DNA of 64,000 bases, from contig CAYPOX010000002.1 in the NCBI GenBank assembly GCA_964412525.1, positions 27 through 64,026 of the forward strand, given 5' to 3'. Positions 1 through 9,035 of this stretch are shown here, piece after piece; within the stretch, counting starts at the first letter, position 1, and every line of letters starts with the position of its first letter. The notes below the pieces were generated by a model. It made no database searches. It had not been told where the DNA came from and saw only the letters and a list, made by a program, of their open reading frames with translations. Position numbers and translations under genes: made by a program. The stretch is from an uncultured Caulobacterales bacterium. GTDB taxonomy: Bacteria > Pseudomonadota > Alphaproteobacteria > Caulobacterales > CAYPOX01.

Positions 1-822
1 CGGGGGCGGGGCGGCGCGTCGGCCTTCAAAGCGGAAGCGGCCGCCGTCATCCGCTTCGGCTTGGAGCGCGGCGGCGTAGGCTTCCGCCACCTCTTTGGCG
101 GGGCCGTCCATGCGCACCCGTCCCCCGTCGATCCAGAGCGCGCGTCGGCACAGGGACAGCACCTGGTCGGGCGCATGGGAGACGAAGAGGAGGGCGCCAT
201 GGGCCTCGAAACTCCGCACATAGCGCATGCAGCGTTGGGCGAAGGCGGCGTCGCCCACGGCCAAGAGCTCGTCGACGATCAGGACGTCCGCCTCGGCGTG
301 GGCGGCGACGGCGAAGGCGAGGCGCGCCTGCATGCCGGCGGAATAGGTCTTGAGCGGCTGGTCGAAGAAATCGCCAAGGGCCGCGAAGGCCTCGATCTTG
401 GCCATGCGATCCTTCAGATCGCGTTCGTCGAGGCCCAGGGCGGCGGCTTGCAGGCGGGCGTTCTCCCGGCCGGTGAATTCGGGGTTGAAGGTGGCGCCCA
501 GATCCAGGAGCGGGGCGATCCGGCCATAGGACGCGACGTCGCCATGGCTTGGCGCGAGGGCGCCCGCCAGGATCTTCAAAAGGGTCGATTTGCCCGCGCC
601 GTTGCGGCCCAAAACGCCAACCGTCTCGCCCCGGCGGATGTCGAGATCGACGCCTTCCAGCGCCCAATAATCATGGTGCAGCTTGGCGCGCCGGAGGATC
701 ATCTGCCAGAGCCGATGCTCGGGCTTTTTGTAGATCCGATAGGCCTTGGCGAGCCCGCGCGCGCGGATCAGGAGATCCGGATCGGGCGCGGCCTTCATCT
801 GCGCAGGCGGGGCGGGGTTCAT
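1..822 (-). CDS. ABC transporter ATP-binding protein, polysaccharide/O-antigen exporter type (Wzt/KpsT/TagH-like); C-terminal part lies outside the window
   Basis: Absent from the ORF track because it has no stop inside the window. Hand translation of the minus strand from ATG 822-820 gives MNPAPPAQMKAAPDPDLLIRARGLAKAYRIYKKPEHRLWQ...RRGETVGVLGRNGAGKSTLLKILAG (Walker A), LKTYSAGMQARLAFAVAAH (signature-like) and ADVLIVDELLAVGD (Walker B). The frame stays open to nt 1 (274 codons). The 61..984 plus ORF is its antisense shadow. Confidence 0.85.
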   Translation of the reverse strand, partial: MNPAPPAQMKAAPDPDLLIRARGLAKAYRIYKKPEHRLWQMILRRAKLHHDYWALEGVDLDIRRGETVGVLGRNGAGKSTLLKILAGALAPSHGDVASYGRIAPLLDLGATFNPEFTGRENARLQAAALGLDERDLKDRMAKIEAFAALGDFFDQPLKTYSAGMQARLAFAVAAHAEADVLIVDELLAVGDAAFAQRCMRYVRSFEAHGALLFVSHAPDQVLSLCRRALWIDGGRVRMDGPAKEVAEAYAAALQAEADDGGRFRFEGRRAAPPP

Positions 823-837
823 GGACGCGCTTCTAGA

Positions 838-853
838 CCGGGGGCGCCCCCGG
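838..853. repeat. perfect 16-bp GC palindrome CCGGGGGCGCCCCCGG, 15 nt upstream of the ABC ATPase start codon
   Basis: Read directly; self-complementary. Lies in the gap between the WbqC-like stop (974) and the ATPase start (822). No U-tract on either side, so operator versus terminator cannot be decided. Confidence 0.5.
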
Positions 854-973
854 ACGGAAGGGCGGGGCGTATTCGGTCCTCCCAGCGTCGTATCAGCTTA
901 GAAACGCTTTCGACGCGGAGTCCGCCTCGAAGGCATGTGAGTGAGGATTCGAGTCCTAGGCGACGAACGCATC

Positions 974-1840
974 TCAATCTTTAAGCGGTTCAAAAGATGC
1001 GGCCCCAGACGACACCTTCGCCGGGTGATCGCGCACCGTTTTCAAGAAGTTGTGACCTGGGTGCGTAGACAAAAGATAGTTCAGCGCATCCCGTTCCGTC
1101 ATCAGTAGCAAATCGAGGGCTGAAACTTTTTCATGATAATCTTCAGATAACTGTCGGTAGCGTGGATAGCCTGTAAAATCCGCGACTCTCAATGTGATAC
1201 CTGCTTCCAGGAATTGCGCTTCGTCAAGGTATGTCAACGCCGCGGGCCCCGATACATAACGTGTTGCGCTCACCGCATGACACATTTCAATGAGTTGGTG
1301 ATTGCGTCGATATCGTTTTGCGACCGGGTCTTCATCTGTTTGCGGTGAATCGGTGGATTCGACACCAACGCGCCTTAAAATATCTCGAGATGAAATAAAC
1401 TCAACCGAGATATCTAGATTTTTCACTAAAAAATCAATAAATATGCGGTTGATCGAACTTAGCCTGTCCAAATTTGCTGCAGAATTGTATATGTCTTCGA
1501 TGTCATTTTTAATTCTACGGTACCCTTGTTCCTTTGAGTAATTTTGCTGAATGGCTCGAAAATGCTTTTTCGTCCACTGGGATCCATCAACTTCAGCTTG
1601 ATCTATCGTCTCTCCAAACCGGCGTTTGACAGGGATCGTCAGCCAGAAGGGGCCGTTGGGGCTCATGATTTTGTTACGGTTGCGCCAATCATTGCGCGTA
1701 TATTGAGCATGATCAAATAATACAAAAGTATCCGCAATGTTAGCTAAGTCAAGTACGCCGCGCCATGGCAAGTAGCTTGACTGTAAAATGACAGCGGTAC
1801 GATTATGTTCCATTGTTCGTTGGACGTAACGGATTCCCAT
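974..1840 (-). CDS. WbqC-family protein (unknown function, associated with amino-sugar O-antigen clusters)
   Basis: 288-aa ORF. AVILQSSYLPWRGVLDLANIADTFVLFDHAQYTRNDWRNRNKI...PFWLTIPV matches my memory of the WbqC-like signature (QPxYxPWxGY..D.FV..D...NRNxI...LTVPV). The AT-richer segment begins here. Confidence 0.75.
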   Translation of the reverse strand: MGIRYVQRTMEHNRTAVILQSSYLPWRGVLDLANIADTFVLFDHAQYTRNDWRNRNKIMSPNGPFWLTIPVKRRFGETIDQAEVDGSQWTKKHFRAIQQNYSKEQGYRRIKNDIEDIYNSAANLDRLSSINRIFIDFLVKNLDISVEFISSRDILRRVGVESTDSPQTDEDPVAKRYRRNHQLIEMCHAVSATRYVSGPAALTYLDEAQFLEAGITLRVADFTGYPRYRQLSEDYHEKVSALDLLLMTERDALNYLLSTHPGHNFLKTVRDHPAKVSSGAASFEPLKD

Positions 1841-2073
1841 TTAAGAGCTGCAGCGATCCACGCGATCGGCCATATGATAATCAGGCGAATCGATCAATCA
1901 AACAAAACATAAAATAATTCTGCATCATGATGAAAATAGAACGTGTTATCGCTGCGCAAATGAGCCAGCCATTGCGTTGACGCATACGTCGGCTGTACGG
2001 AGACTCCGTCGGCGCAGTTTACAGAGCCGATCACGATCGAACGTCAGTGAGTTTTAGCTTTGATGTTTTCCAC

Positions 2074-2676
2074 ATGAGGTCATTTGGTCAAAAAAAGCTT
2101 ATCATCTTGTCCGATGGAGAGCCGCCCTACGACGTAATCGCCGGCGCTTCCGACATATTCAACGAAGTGACGATGCGCCATGCGGACGATCTTTCGCCGA
2201 TTTCACCCGGTGGAGGCGAGGTTTTTGTCGGGATAGAAGATGCCGAGCTTCGCTGGAGCGTCTTAGATCGCCTGACGGGTGAGGGCGTCGCTTTCGCCCG
2301 GCTCATTCATCCCGGCGCGGTGATCGAGCCGGACGTGCGGCTCGCCTCGCACGCAGCGGTAGGCTTCGGCGCTCATGTCCAGCGTGGTGCGGAGTTAGAG
2401 GACGGCAGTTGGATGATGCCGTTTAGTTTTCTCGGTCATGAAGCCGTTCTTGGGCGGTGCAGCACCCTTGGCGTCGGCGCCCTGGTCAATGGGCGCTGTG
2501 TGATAGGAGCGCGTGTGCGGATTGGATCCAACGCCGTTGTTTTGCCGGACGTGACGATCGGGTCCGATTGCGTTCTTGATCCGGGTGTGGTGGTGACCAG
2601 CGACGTGCCGGACCGACACGATGTTCGGTCGCCGCCTTCACGCGTTATCGCGGCGCCGAGAGATTACTCCCTGTGA
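2074..2676 (+). CDS. left-handed beta-helix sugar acyltransferase (NeuD/PglD-like, degenerate N-terminal Rossmann motif)
   Basis: ORF 2047..2676. I prefer ATG 2074 (MRSFGQKKLIILSDG), the usual family N-terminus. Hexapeptide-repeat C-terminus GRCSTLGVGALVNGRCVIGARVRIGSNAVVLPDVTIGSDCVLDPGVVV. Its stop overlaps the next start (GTGA). Confidence 0.7.
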   Translation: MRSFGQKKLIILSDGEPPYDVIAGASDIFNEVTMRHADDLSPISPGGGEVFVGIEDAELRWSVLDRLTGEGVAFARLIHPGAVIEPDVRLASHAAVGFGAHVQRGAELEDGSWMMPFSFLGHEAVLGRCSTLGVGALVNGRCVIGARVRIGSNAVVLPDVTIGSDCVLDPGVVVTSDVPDRHDVRSPPSRVIAAPRDYSL

Positions 2677-3323
2677 CCGACGCCCATAAGCCGCTTTTGA
2701 TTTTTGGCGCGGGGGCGATGGCGGAATTTGTGTTTGACCTTTGCATTGCGGCCAAGCGCGCGGTCGCCGGCTTCGTTGTCGACACGCCCCGTGAGGTTGT
2801 GTTCCGAAGCCGTCCCGTAATCTCCGCAGCGGATGTGCTGCAGACCGCGCCGCCTTCAAACCATGAGATGTTCGTCGCCATCGGCTATTCGCGACGGCAC
2901 GTTGTGAGGCGGGATAAACGGTTGTGGGCGCAACAGCTTGGCTATGCGCAACCCTGGCTTGCCCACAAGAGCGCATGGATTGATCCGTCCGCAGATCTTG
3001 GCGCGAACGTCATGGTTCATGGCTTGGCCTATGTTGGCGCGGGCGCGCGCCTTGGCGCAGGCGCCACGCTTCTAGGCGGCCGCGTCATGCGGGATGCGCA
3101 AATCGGAGAGGACGCAATTTTGACGCATCGCTCCGTTGTCGACGCACATGCGGTCGTCCACGCGCGCGCGTTCCTCGGGAGCCTCAGTTACGTCGCGCCG
3201 ATGACTACGATCGGACACAGCGTCATTATGGCGTCCGGCGCGGTGGCGGCCGCTGATGTCGCTGAGGACTTCCTTGTTTCCCCGCGCCCATCTGCGCGCC
3301 AAACGCCGCGCGTCAACGTGTGA
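2673..3323 (+). CDS. NeuD/PglD-family sugar N-acyltransferase
   Basis: 216 aa. N-terminal PLLIFGAGAMAEFVFDL (GxGxxA Rossmann-like) followed by hexapeptide repeats (VGAGARLGAGATLLGGRVMRDAQIGEDAIL). Paralogous to, and translationally coupled with, the preceding gene. Confidence 0.8.
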   Translation: MTDAHKPLLIFGAGAMAEFVFDLCIAAKRAVAGFVVDTPREVVFRSRPVISAADVLQTAPPSNHEMFVAIGYSRRHVVRRDKRLWAQQLGYAQPWLAHKSAWIDPSADLGANVMVHGLAYVGAGARLGAGATLLGGRVMRDAQIGEDAILTHRSVVDAHAVVHARAFLGSLSYVAPMTTIGHSVIMASGAVAAADVAEDFLVSPRPSARQTPRVNV

Positions 3324-3528
3324 ACGCAATCCGCGCCCCACGACGCCGGGCCCTGGAGCGTTGACGATCGCGGCCATCCGTCGTCGAAGCGGATTTGAGA
3401 GTTTAAATTTGATCGAAAAGAAAATCCATGTAGGCCACGGTCTTGAAAGTCCTTGCGCGTGCGTACGCCGCGCAGCACCTGCACGTTTAAGGGCAAAAGT
3501 AAGTCACGAATACGCAGGAAAGCTTCAA

Positions 3529-3942
3529 ATGGAGAAAGATGATGCGCAGAGTTGGGTTGGGCGGCGCGCAGAATTCAACTTCGTCATCCGCTCCGAGGAC
3601 ATGACGTGGTTCCGTCAACTAAGCCAAGACACCAGCTTGATCCACACTGATCCCGCGTTTGCGCAGGCGCATTATTATGATGACGTCGTCGTATATGGCG
3701 GCTTACAGCTCGCACAATTATCCCGATTGCTCGGACGGCATTTGCCAGGCGCATGCGGCGTGTCCGCGGAATGGTCAATCGCCTATCGGGCGCCGCTCTA
3801 TGTCAACGAAGAAGCTTGCTTGACGGGAGAAGTCACACAACACGCCGTATCCGCCGGGGTTATTGAAATCTCGTTCGAAATATATAGCATAACACGCGGC
3901 TTATTGTCTAAAGGCAAAGCGCGATCTCGGATATTGGCGTAG
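3529..3942 (+). CDS. MaoC-like hot-dog fold (de)hydratase
   Basis: Track ORF 3256..3942. The internal ATG at 3529 is preceded by AGGAA and avoids overlap with the upstream gene. Motif SLIHTDPAFAQAHYYDDVVVYGGLQLAQLSRLLG resembles the MaoC dehydratase hydratase motif. Confidence 0.7.
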   Translation: MEKDDAQSWVGRRAEFNFVIRSEDMTWFRQLSQDTSLIHTDPAFAQAHYYDDVVVYGGLQLAQLSRLLGRHLPGACGVSAEWSIAYRAPLYVNEEACLTGEVTQHAVSAGVIEISFEIYSITRGLLSKGKARSRILA

Positions 3943-3962
3943 TTACATTGAGGCAGCGCTTC

Positions 3963-4907
3963 ATGTCAAAACAAGAAATACCCCACTTTCTCGAAAAAAT
4001 TGGCTCATATCCGTCTGTTCATAGAATATGTGAACACGTTCTTAATGTATTTCCGGAGCATATCGACGTTCTTTCCGCAAGCTTTGATTGCCCAGAGGAT
4101 CACCTGTTATTTGCAGAACTTCTTGCATCTCAGGTTCTTGCTATTGTTGGAGATTCTCTCGTCGATTATGCGAAAGGATACGCCTGGCTTTGTCGAACTG
4201 TTCTACATGAAGAGCTTCATTTTCGGAAGACGGGCGAATATCGACTAAGTTCTTTTGAGGATGCATGCTCTCAAGTATATCAAAATACTGAAATAATGAC
4301 CCCTTACATGCGCGGGTTACTTTTGTCGCAGGTGTTGTGGAGCAATCATAGGCAGGTTTTTCGTTTTTATCGAGATAATTTTTTGCATAATCATGCAGCT
4401 GATGTTCGGCATCTCGAGATAGGGCCTGGCCACGGATTATTTCTTTCATTTGCGGCGGCGAACAAACGCATTGGATCTCTTGAAGCATGGGACATCAGCG
4501 AATCCAGTCTTCGTGAAACGCGTTTGGCTTTGGACTGTCTTGGTGTGACGCGCCCCATTCATCTTTTGCGACAAGATATGTTTGATGCCGAGGAAAAATT
4601 TGGTGCATTCGACTCAATTGTTTTCTCGGAAGTTTTAGAACACCTTGATAGCCCTCGAGAGGCGCTGGATATTTTGCGTCGCATAGCCTCGAACAATGCA
4701 AAGTTATTTATTAACGCGCCGGCCAATTCACCAGCGCCAGACCACATTCATCTTTTCGCCGATCCCGCGGATGTCGGTGCAATGGTGCGTGAAGCCGGCT
4801 TCGCCGTAGAGATGGAAGCGCTCTTCCCAGCGACCGGAAGCACCTTGGAGCGGGCGCGCCGGCGGCGTATCGCAGTGTCGGCGTGCATCATCGCGCGACC
4901 GGCTTGA
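3963..4907 (+). CDS. class I SAM-dependent methyltransferase
   Basis: VRHLEIGPGHGLFLSF (motif I) and FDSIVFSEVLEHLDSPREALDILRRIASNNAKLFINAP (post-I/II motifs). ATG 3963 is preferred over TTG 3948. Confidence 0.8.
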   Translation: MSKQEIPHFLEKIGSYPSVHRICEHVLNVFPEHIDVLSASFDCPEDHLLFAELLASQVLAIVGDSLVDYAKGYAWLCRTVLHEELHFRKTGEYRLSSFEDACSQVYQNTEIMTPYMRGLLLSQVLWSNHRQVFRFYRDNFLHNHAADVRHLEIGPGHGLFLSFAAANKRIGSLEAWDISESSLRETRLALDCLGVTRPIHLLRQDMFDAEEKFGAFDSIVFSEVLEHLDSPREALDILRRIASNNAKLFINAPANSPAPDHIHLFADPADVGAMVREAGFAVEMEALFPATGSTLERARRRRIAVSACIIARPA

Positions 4908-4935
4908 TGAACGTTAAGGAGCGAGGGGCGAACCG

Positions 4936-6660
4936 ATGCAAGATGCACCGGCGCTGAATCTGGCGAAGATCCTCTCAGCGGAGCGCCGCGCGCGCGCTGA
5001 AGGCCCGAATGCCCGTGGTCGAATACGCGTTGCGTTCGGCGGCGATTGCACTCTTGATAATCTGGCGGCGGCCGCCTCCCACTTCGCACGTGCGCGCGCC
5101 ATTGAAATCGAGCCGGACATTCTTTCGTTCGATGGTTGGACCGCCGATGTTTTGAACCCGAACTTTGCGGCCGACCTTGCCGTCATCTGGGTGTCGGCGC
5201 TGGGATTGAGCGCCGGCGGGACGCGGCGTGAGGTCGATGACAAACTGGACGACATTGTCCTTGGGCTTAAGGCCCTAAACGACAAGGGCGTGAAGACGAT
5301 TCTCTTGACTCCAGAGCGCATGGCGGAGGAGGTCGAGCCGGGTTCGCCATGGGCCTCCTGGCGCAGGCGCGTCAAGGCGCGCCTAGAGCCGCTTGAAGGT
5401 CCACGTTTGACATTTCTGGATCCCGACATCTTCGCGCCCGAAGGCGGCTTCAAAGATTTTCGTTGGTGGACCCAAGCAAAAATAATCGGCGCGCCTGACG
5501 ACGTCATTCCCATCGCCCGCGCGCTGGCCGACACGTTGGCCAATCTTCGAAAGCACCCCGTAAAAGCGATTCTCGTCGACGCCGATGATACCCTATGGGG
5601 CGGCGTGCTGGGCGAAGTCGGCGTCGAAGGCGTGCTTCTTAACCCGGCAGGCGCGGGGGCCGCGTTCTTGCGGTTGCAACACTATCTAAAGGATGCGCTT
5701 CTCGACGGCGTGGCGCTTGGCGTCGCCTCCAAAAACGATCCGGGATCGGTGGCGGAAGTTCTCGATCGTCGCATGGAAATGGTGCTCAAGCGGTCCGATT
5801 TTCTGTTTATACGCGACGATTGGACCCCAAAATATCTCGCCGCCGTCGCATTCTGCGAACAATTGAATATCGGAACGGACGCTCTTGTTTTCTTGGACGA
5901 CAACCCTCACGAGCGTGCGGAGATGCGCGCGATGCTGCCGGACGTCATCGTGCCGGACCTTTCTGCTGATCCGCACGAGCGAGCAAGATTTCTTTCTAAT
6001 CTCAGCTTAATAAGAAAACCGACGCGATCACAAGAAGATCAGGCGCGAATTAGTTATTTTAAACAAGATATTGAGCGCGCGCATGCACAAAAGTCCGCGC
6101 AATCGAGAGATGACTACTTGCGTTCGCTAAATATCAATTTGAACATCGAACCAATCGACGGATCGAATCTGCCTCGCGTGACGGATCTTATTCACAAGAC
6201 AAATCAATTTAATCTGACGTGCCGCCGCCACAACCCGACGGAGCTGCAGCAATTCTTAGCGCCGCCGCATTACGCCCGCGCCTTCCACGTCACCGATCGA
6301 TTTGGCCCTGCGGGGCTGGTGGGCGTGATCCTCGCCGCCCGCAACGAAACCGTGCTCGAAATTGACACGTGGCTGTTATCTTGCCGAGTTCTTGGGCGCA
6401 CCGTCGAGGAGGGCATGTTGGCGCATTTGATTGATTGGGCGCGACACGAGAACGTCGCGACGCTGCGCGGACGTTTTGTCGCTCATAAACGCAACGCTCA
6501 AGTCGCGGACATCTATCCTCGCATGGGATTTCAGCTAAGCTCAAATCATGACATGGGAACAGGTCAAGTGTATGATGCCCAAATCAAACAACTGAACTTG
6601 CCAAAAACATTTGTTCGTTTTGTCGAGCCATCCAGCCACAAGGAGTTACTTGGTGACTGA
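4936..6660 (+). CDS. FkbH-like HAD-IIIC family protein (phosphatase/acyl-loading enzyme with C-terminal GNAT-like domain)
   Basis: 574 aa. HAD DxDxT motif in AILVDADDTLWGGVLGE, then GVASKNDPGSVAEVL and LVFLDDNPHERAEM (HAD motifs II/III). The C-terminal HKTNQFNLTCRRH region is typical of FkbH-like proteins as I remember them. Confidence 0.75.
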   Translation: MQDAPALNLAKILSAERRARAEGPNARGRIRVAFGGDCTLDNLAAAASHFARARAIEIEPDILSFDGWTADVLNPNFAADLAVIWVSALGLSAGGTRREVDDKLDDIVLGLKALNDKGVKTILLTPERMAEEVEPGSPWASWRRRVKARLEPLEGPRLTFLDPDIFAPEGGFKDFRWWTQAKIIGAPDDVIPIARALADTLANLRKHPVKAILVDADDTLWGGVLGEVGVEGVLLNPAGAGAAFLRLQHYLKDALLDGVALGVASKNDPGSVAEVLDRRMEMVLKRSDFLFIRDDWTPKYLAAVAFCEQLNIGTDALVFLDDNPHERAEMRAMLPDVIVPDLSADPHERARFLSNLSLIRKPTRSQEDQARISYFKQDIERAHAQKSAQSRDDYLRSLNINLNIEPIDGSNLPRVTDLIHKTNQFNLTCRRHNPTELQQFLAPPHYARAFHVTDRFGPAGLVGVILAARNETVLEIDTWLLSCRVLGRTVEEGMLAHLIDWARHENVATLRGRFVAHKRNAQVADIYPRMGFQLSSNHDMGTGQVYDAQIKQLNLPKTFVRFVEPSSHKELLGD

Positions 6661-6898
6661 AGATCAGATTCTTGTGCGAATGCAGGACACGTTCGCGGAG
6701 ATCCTTGAAATATCAAAAGATAAAGTCACTCTATTTCTTGGTAAAGACGACGTCGAAAATTGGGACTCGTTCGTAACCATATCAATGATTTCCGCTATCG
6801 AAAATGAGCTCGAGATTTCATTGGACTTGGAGGCTGCAATGTCTGCTAGAACCGTAGGAGCGCTGCTTGCGATCGCATGCGGCAAGCCGTCTCCATGA
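6653..6898 (+). CDS. acyl carrier protein
   Basis: Track ORF 6611..6898. In-frame GTG 6653 lies 7 nt after AGGAG (6641-6645) and overlaps the FkbH-like stop. About 81 aa with a phosphopantetheine-site-like motif, ENWDSFVTISMISAIENEL (DSx in helix II position). Confidence 0.7.
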   Translation: MTEDQILVRMQDTFAEILEISKDKVTLFLGKDDVENWDSFVTISMISAIENELEISLDLEAAMSARTVGALLAIACGKPSP

Positions 6899-6938
6899 TG
6901 TTTCCGCATTTTGATTGGGGGCGACGGCTGCTTTGAGT

Positions 6939-7877
6939 TTATTGAAAGCGATTGAATTCGTGGGTTTCGACCACATGGACCAACTCTTCGTCGAAACGGC
7001 GAGTCGGTCGCCAGCCCAATCGACGTAGTTTGGCGTCGTCGACGGAATAGCGCACGTCTTGACCGGCGCGATCACCTGAAAACACCCAGCCCTGCCCCTC
7101 CTTCGCGGGCACGCCCAAGAGCGCGCAAAGTTTGCGCGCGACATCAATATTGCGGTGCTGCTCATCACCAGACACGTTATAAATTGTCTGGCGTGCACCG
7201 TCTTCGATAATTCGGAACAATGCTTCCGCGGTGTCGTCGGCATGCAGCCATGTACGAATATATGATCCGTCACCATGCAATGGTATCGGCCGACCGCGCT
7301 TCAAGCGACCGATCGCCTTCGGAATAAGTTTTTCAGGATATTGATGGCATCCATAATTGTTTGTCGGGCGCGCAATGTTCCAAGGCAGGCCATATGTACG
7401 CCCCCAGCTCATCACAAGCATGTCGGCCGCCGCTTTTGTCGCCGAGTACGGATTCGAAGGCTTAAGGAGCGCGTTTTCGTCAAAGCTACCCTCGATGTTA
7501 TCGCCATAAACTTCATCGGTGGATATTTGTAAATATAATGGAGTATCTTGATAGGCTTTGCCTCGAATCAACTCGAGTAATTTTTGAGTCCCAACGATAT
7601 TCGAACGAACGAATTTCGCGTTAGAAGAAATGGAAGCATCTACGTGGCTTTCGGCGGCGAAGTGCACAACGACATCACACTCTGGAATAAATTCAAGGTC
7701 CACGACATCAGCATGAATGAGACGGTAGTTTGGATGACGTGTAAATTCATCGGAGATTTTTACGTCTGCTGCGTAATTGATGCAGTCTATGTTTTTGACA
7801 AAATGCCCTCTTTGCAAAGCGCATTGAATAAAATGCTTTCCAATAAAACCAAGGCCGCCAGTCACAAGAATTATCAT
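6939..7877 (-). CDS. dTDP-glucose 4,6-dehydratase-like NAD-dependent SDR
   Basis: MIILVTGGLGFIGKHF (GxxGxxG), ISTDEVYG, and PYSATKAAADMLV (YxxxK). These are classical RmlB-type motifs. Confidence 0.85.
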   Translation of the reverse strand: MIILVTGGLGFIGKHFIQCALQRGHFVKNIDCINYAADVKISDEFTRHPNYRLIHADVVDLEFIPECDVVVHFAAESHVDASISSNAKFVRSNIVGTQKLLELIRGKAYQDTPLYLQISTDEVYGDNIEGSFDENALLKPSNPYSATKAAADMLVMSWGRTYGLPWNIARPTNNYGCHQYPEKLIPKAIGRLKRGRPIPLHGDGSYIRTWLHADDTAEALFRIIEDGARQTIYNVSGDEQHRNIDVARKLCALLGVPAKEGQGWVFSGDRAGQDVRYSVDDAKLRRLGWRPTRRFDEELVHVVETHEFNRFQ

Positions 7878-7885
7878 AATAATAC

Positions 7886-9034
7886 CTAATTATTAATTTC
7901 GGACATAATGCGCCTGATTGACGCGGTCACATATTCCAGTTCTTTCATTGTCATTTTTGGAAAGAATGGAAGTGAAATTTGGCCGGCGCCCCATTCGACC
8001 GATTCCGGCGTTCGCTCGGCTGCGTCTGGATATTTGTCGCGATAATAGGTCAATGTTGGCACGGCCCGGTAGTTGACTGTGACGGCGACGCCGGCGGCGT
8101 TCAACTCGGCGATGATTGCGTCTCGCTGCACCGGCGGAACGTGCACAGGATACAGATGCCGCGCATGACGCACCCGTCCATCGATCGTTGGCCGTCTGAC
8201 CGGAACATCATCCAAAAGCGCGTCATATTTCGCCCAAAGAGCGTCGCGTGTGGCTAGACGATCTCGGATCGTCTCAATCTGCTTTGGTAGCAGCGCCGCG
8301 AGCAAATCGGGCAAATTTGCTTTCACGCCGAGCCGTTTCATGTCCCAATGGTTGTAGCGGCCGCCGCGAAAACGATCGGCCGCAATGGCGGACATGCCGT
8401 GGAGGCGGGTTTCACGGACGGCGGCTGCGAGATCGGCGTCACCCGTGATCACTGCGCCGCCCTCACCGCATGTTACATTTTTGGTGGCGTAAAACGAGAA
8501 CACCGCGCAATCGCCGTCCGATCCGGGCGGCCGATCGTCAAAGGCGCCTTCAAAGCAATGCGCCGCGTCCTCCAAGATTTTGACGTCTGAACGGCCATTG
8601 GCGTCCAACGCTTTGCGTATGGCCGCTACGTCGCACATTTGCCCATAAAGATGAACGGGAATGACTGCGCGGGTGCGCGAGGTCAATGCATCGACAACGT
8701 GTTCTGGCGTCACCAGCAACGTTTCCGGATCAACGTCCACGAACACCGGGTTTGCGCCTGTCAACGCAACCACATTGGCCGAGGCGATAAAGGTTTGCGC
8801 AGGCACGAGCACGTCGTCCGCCGGCCCGACTCCCCAAGCCAGAAGCACAGCGATCGCGCCATTGGTCCAAGAATTGACGAGGAAAGCGTGTCGAATGTCA
8901 AAAAATTCTTGGAGTTGCTCTTCGACCGCCCGGCCGACGGATCCTGACGTCAAAAAAGGCGAGTCCAACACCGCTCCGATCGACGCCGCAGAGCTGGAGT
9001 CCAGTTCATGTCGGTAGAATGGAACGTTCATCAC
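7886..9034 (-). CDS. DegT/DnrJ/EryC1/StrS-family sugar aminotransferase
   Basis: 382 aa. SFYATKNVTCGEGGAVIT contains the PLP-lysine motif of this family. Only an 8-nt gap to the dehydratase gene. Confidence 0.9.
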   Translation of the reverse strand: MMNVPFYRHELDSSSAASIGAVLDSPFLTSGSVGRAVEEQLQEFFDIRHAFLVNSWTNGAIAVLLAWGVGPADDVLVPAQTFIASANVVALTGANPVFVDVDPETLLVTPEHVVDALTSRTRAVIPVHLYGQMCDVAAIRKALDANGRSDVKILEDAAHCFEGAFDDRPPGSDGDCAVFSFYATKNVTCGEGGAVITGDADLAAAVRETRLHGMSAIAADRFRGGRYNHWDMKRLGVKANLPDLLAALLPKQIETIRDRLATRDALWAKYDALLDDVPVRRPTIDGRVRHARHLYPVHVPPVQRDAIIAELNAAGVAVTVNYRAVPTLTYYRDKYPDAAERTPESVEWGAGQISLPFFPKMTMKELEYVTASIRRIMSEINN

Positions 9035-9035
9035 G

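Noticed and set aside
61-984. 307-aa plus-strand ORF (and 47..667 minus, 549..836 plus)
   Set aside because: Antisense or out-of-frame shadows of the ABC ATPase gene. The Walker A, signature and Walker B motifs are found only in the third minus-strand frame, which the track omitted because it has no stop in the window.
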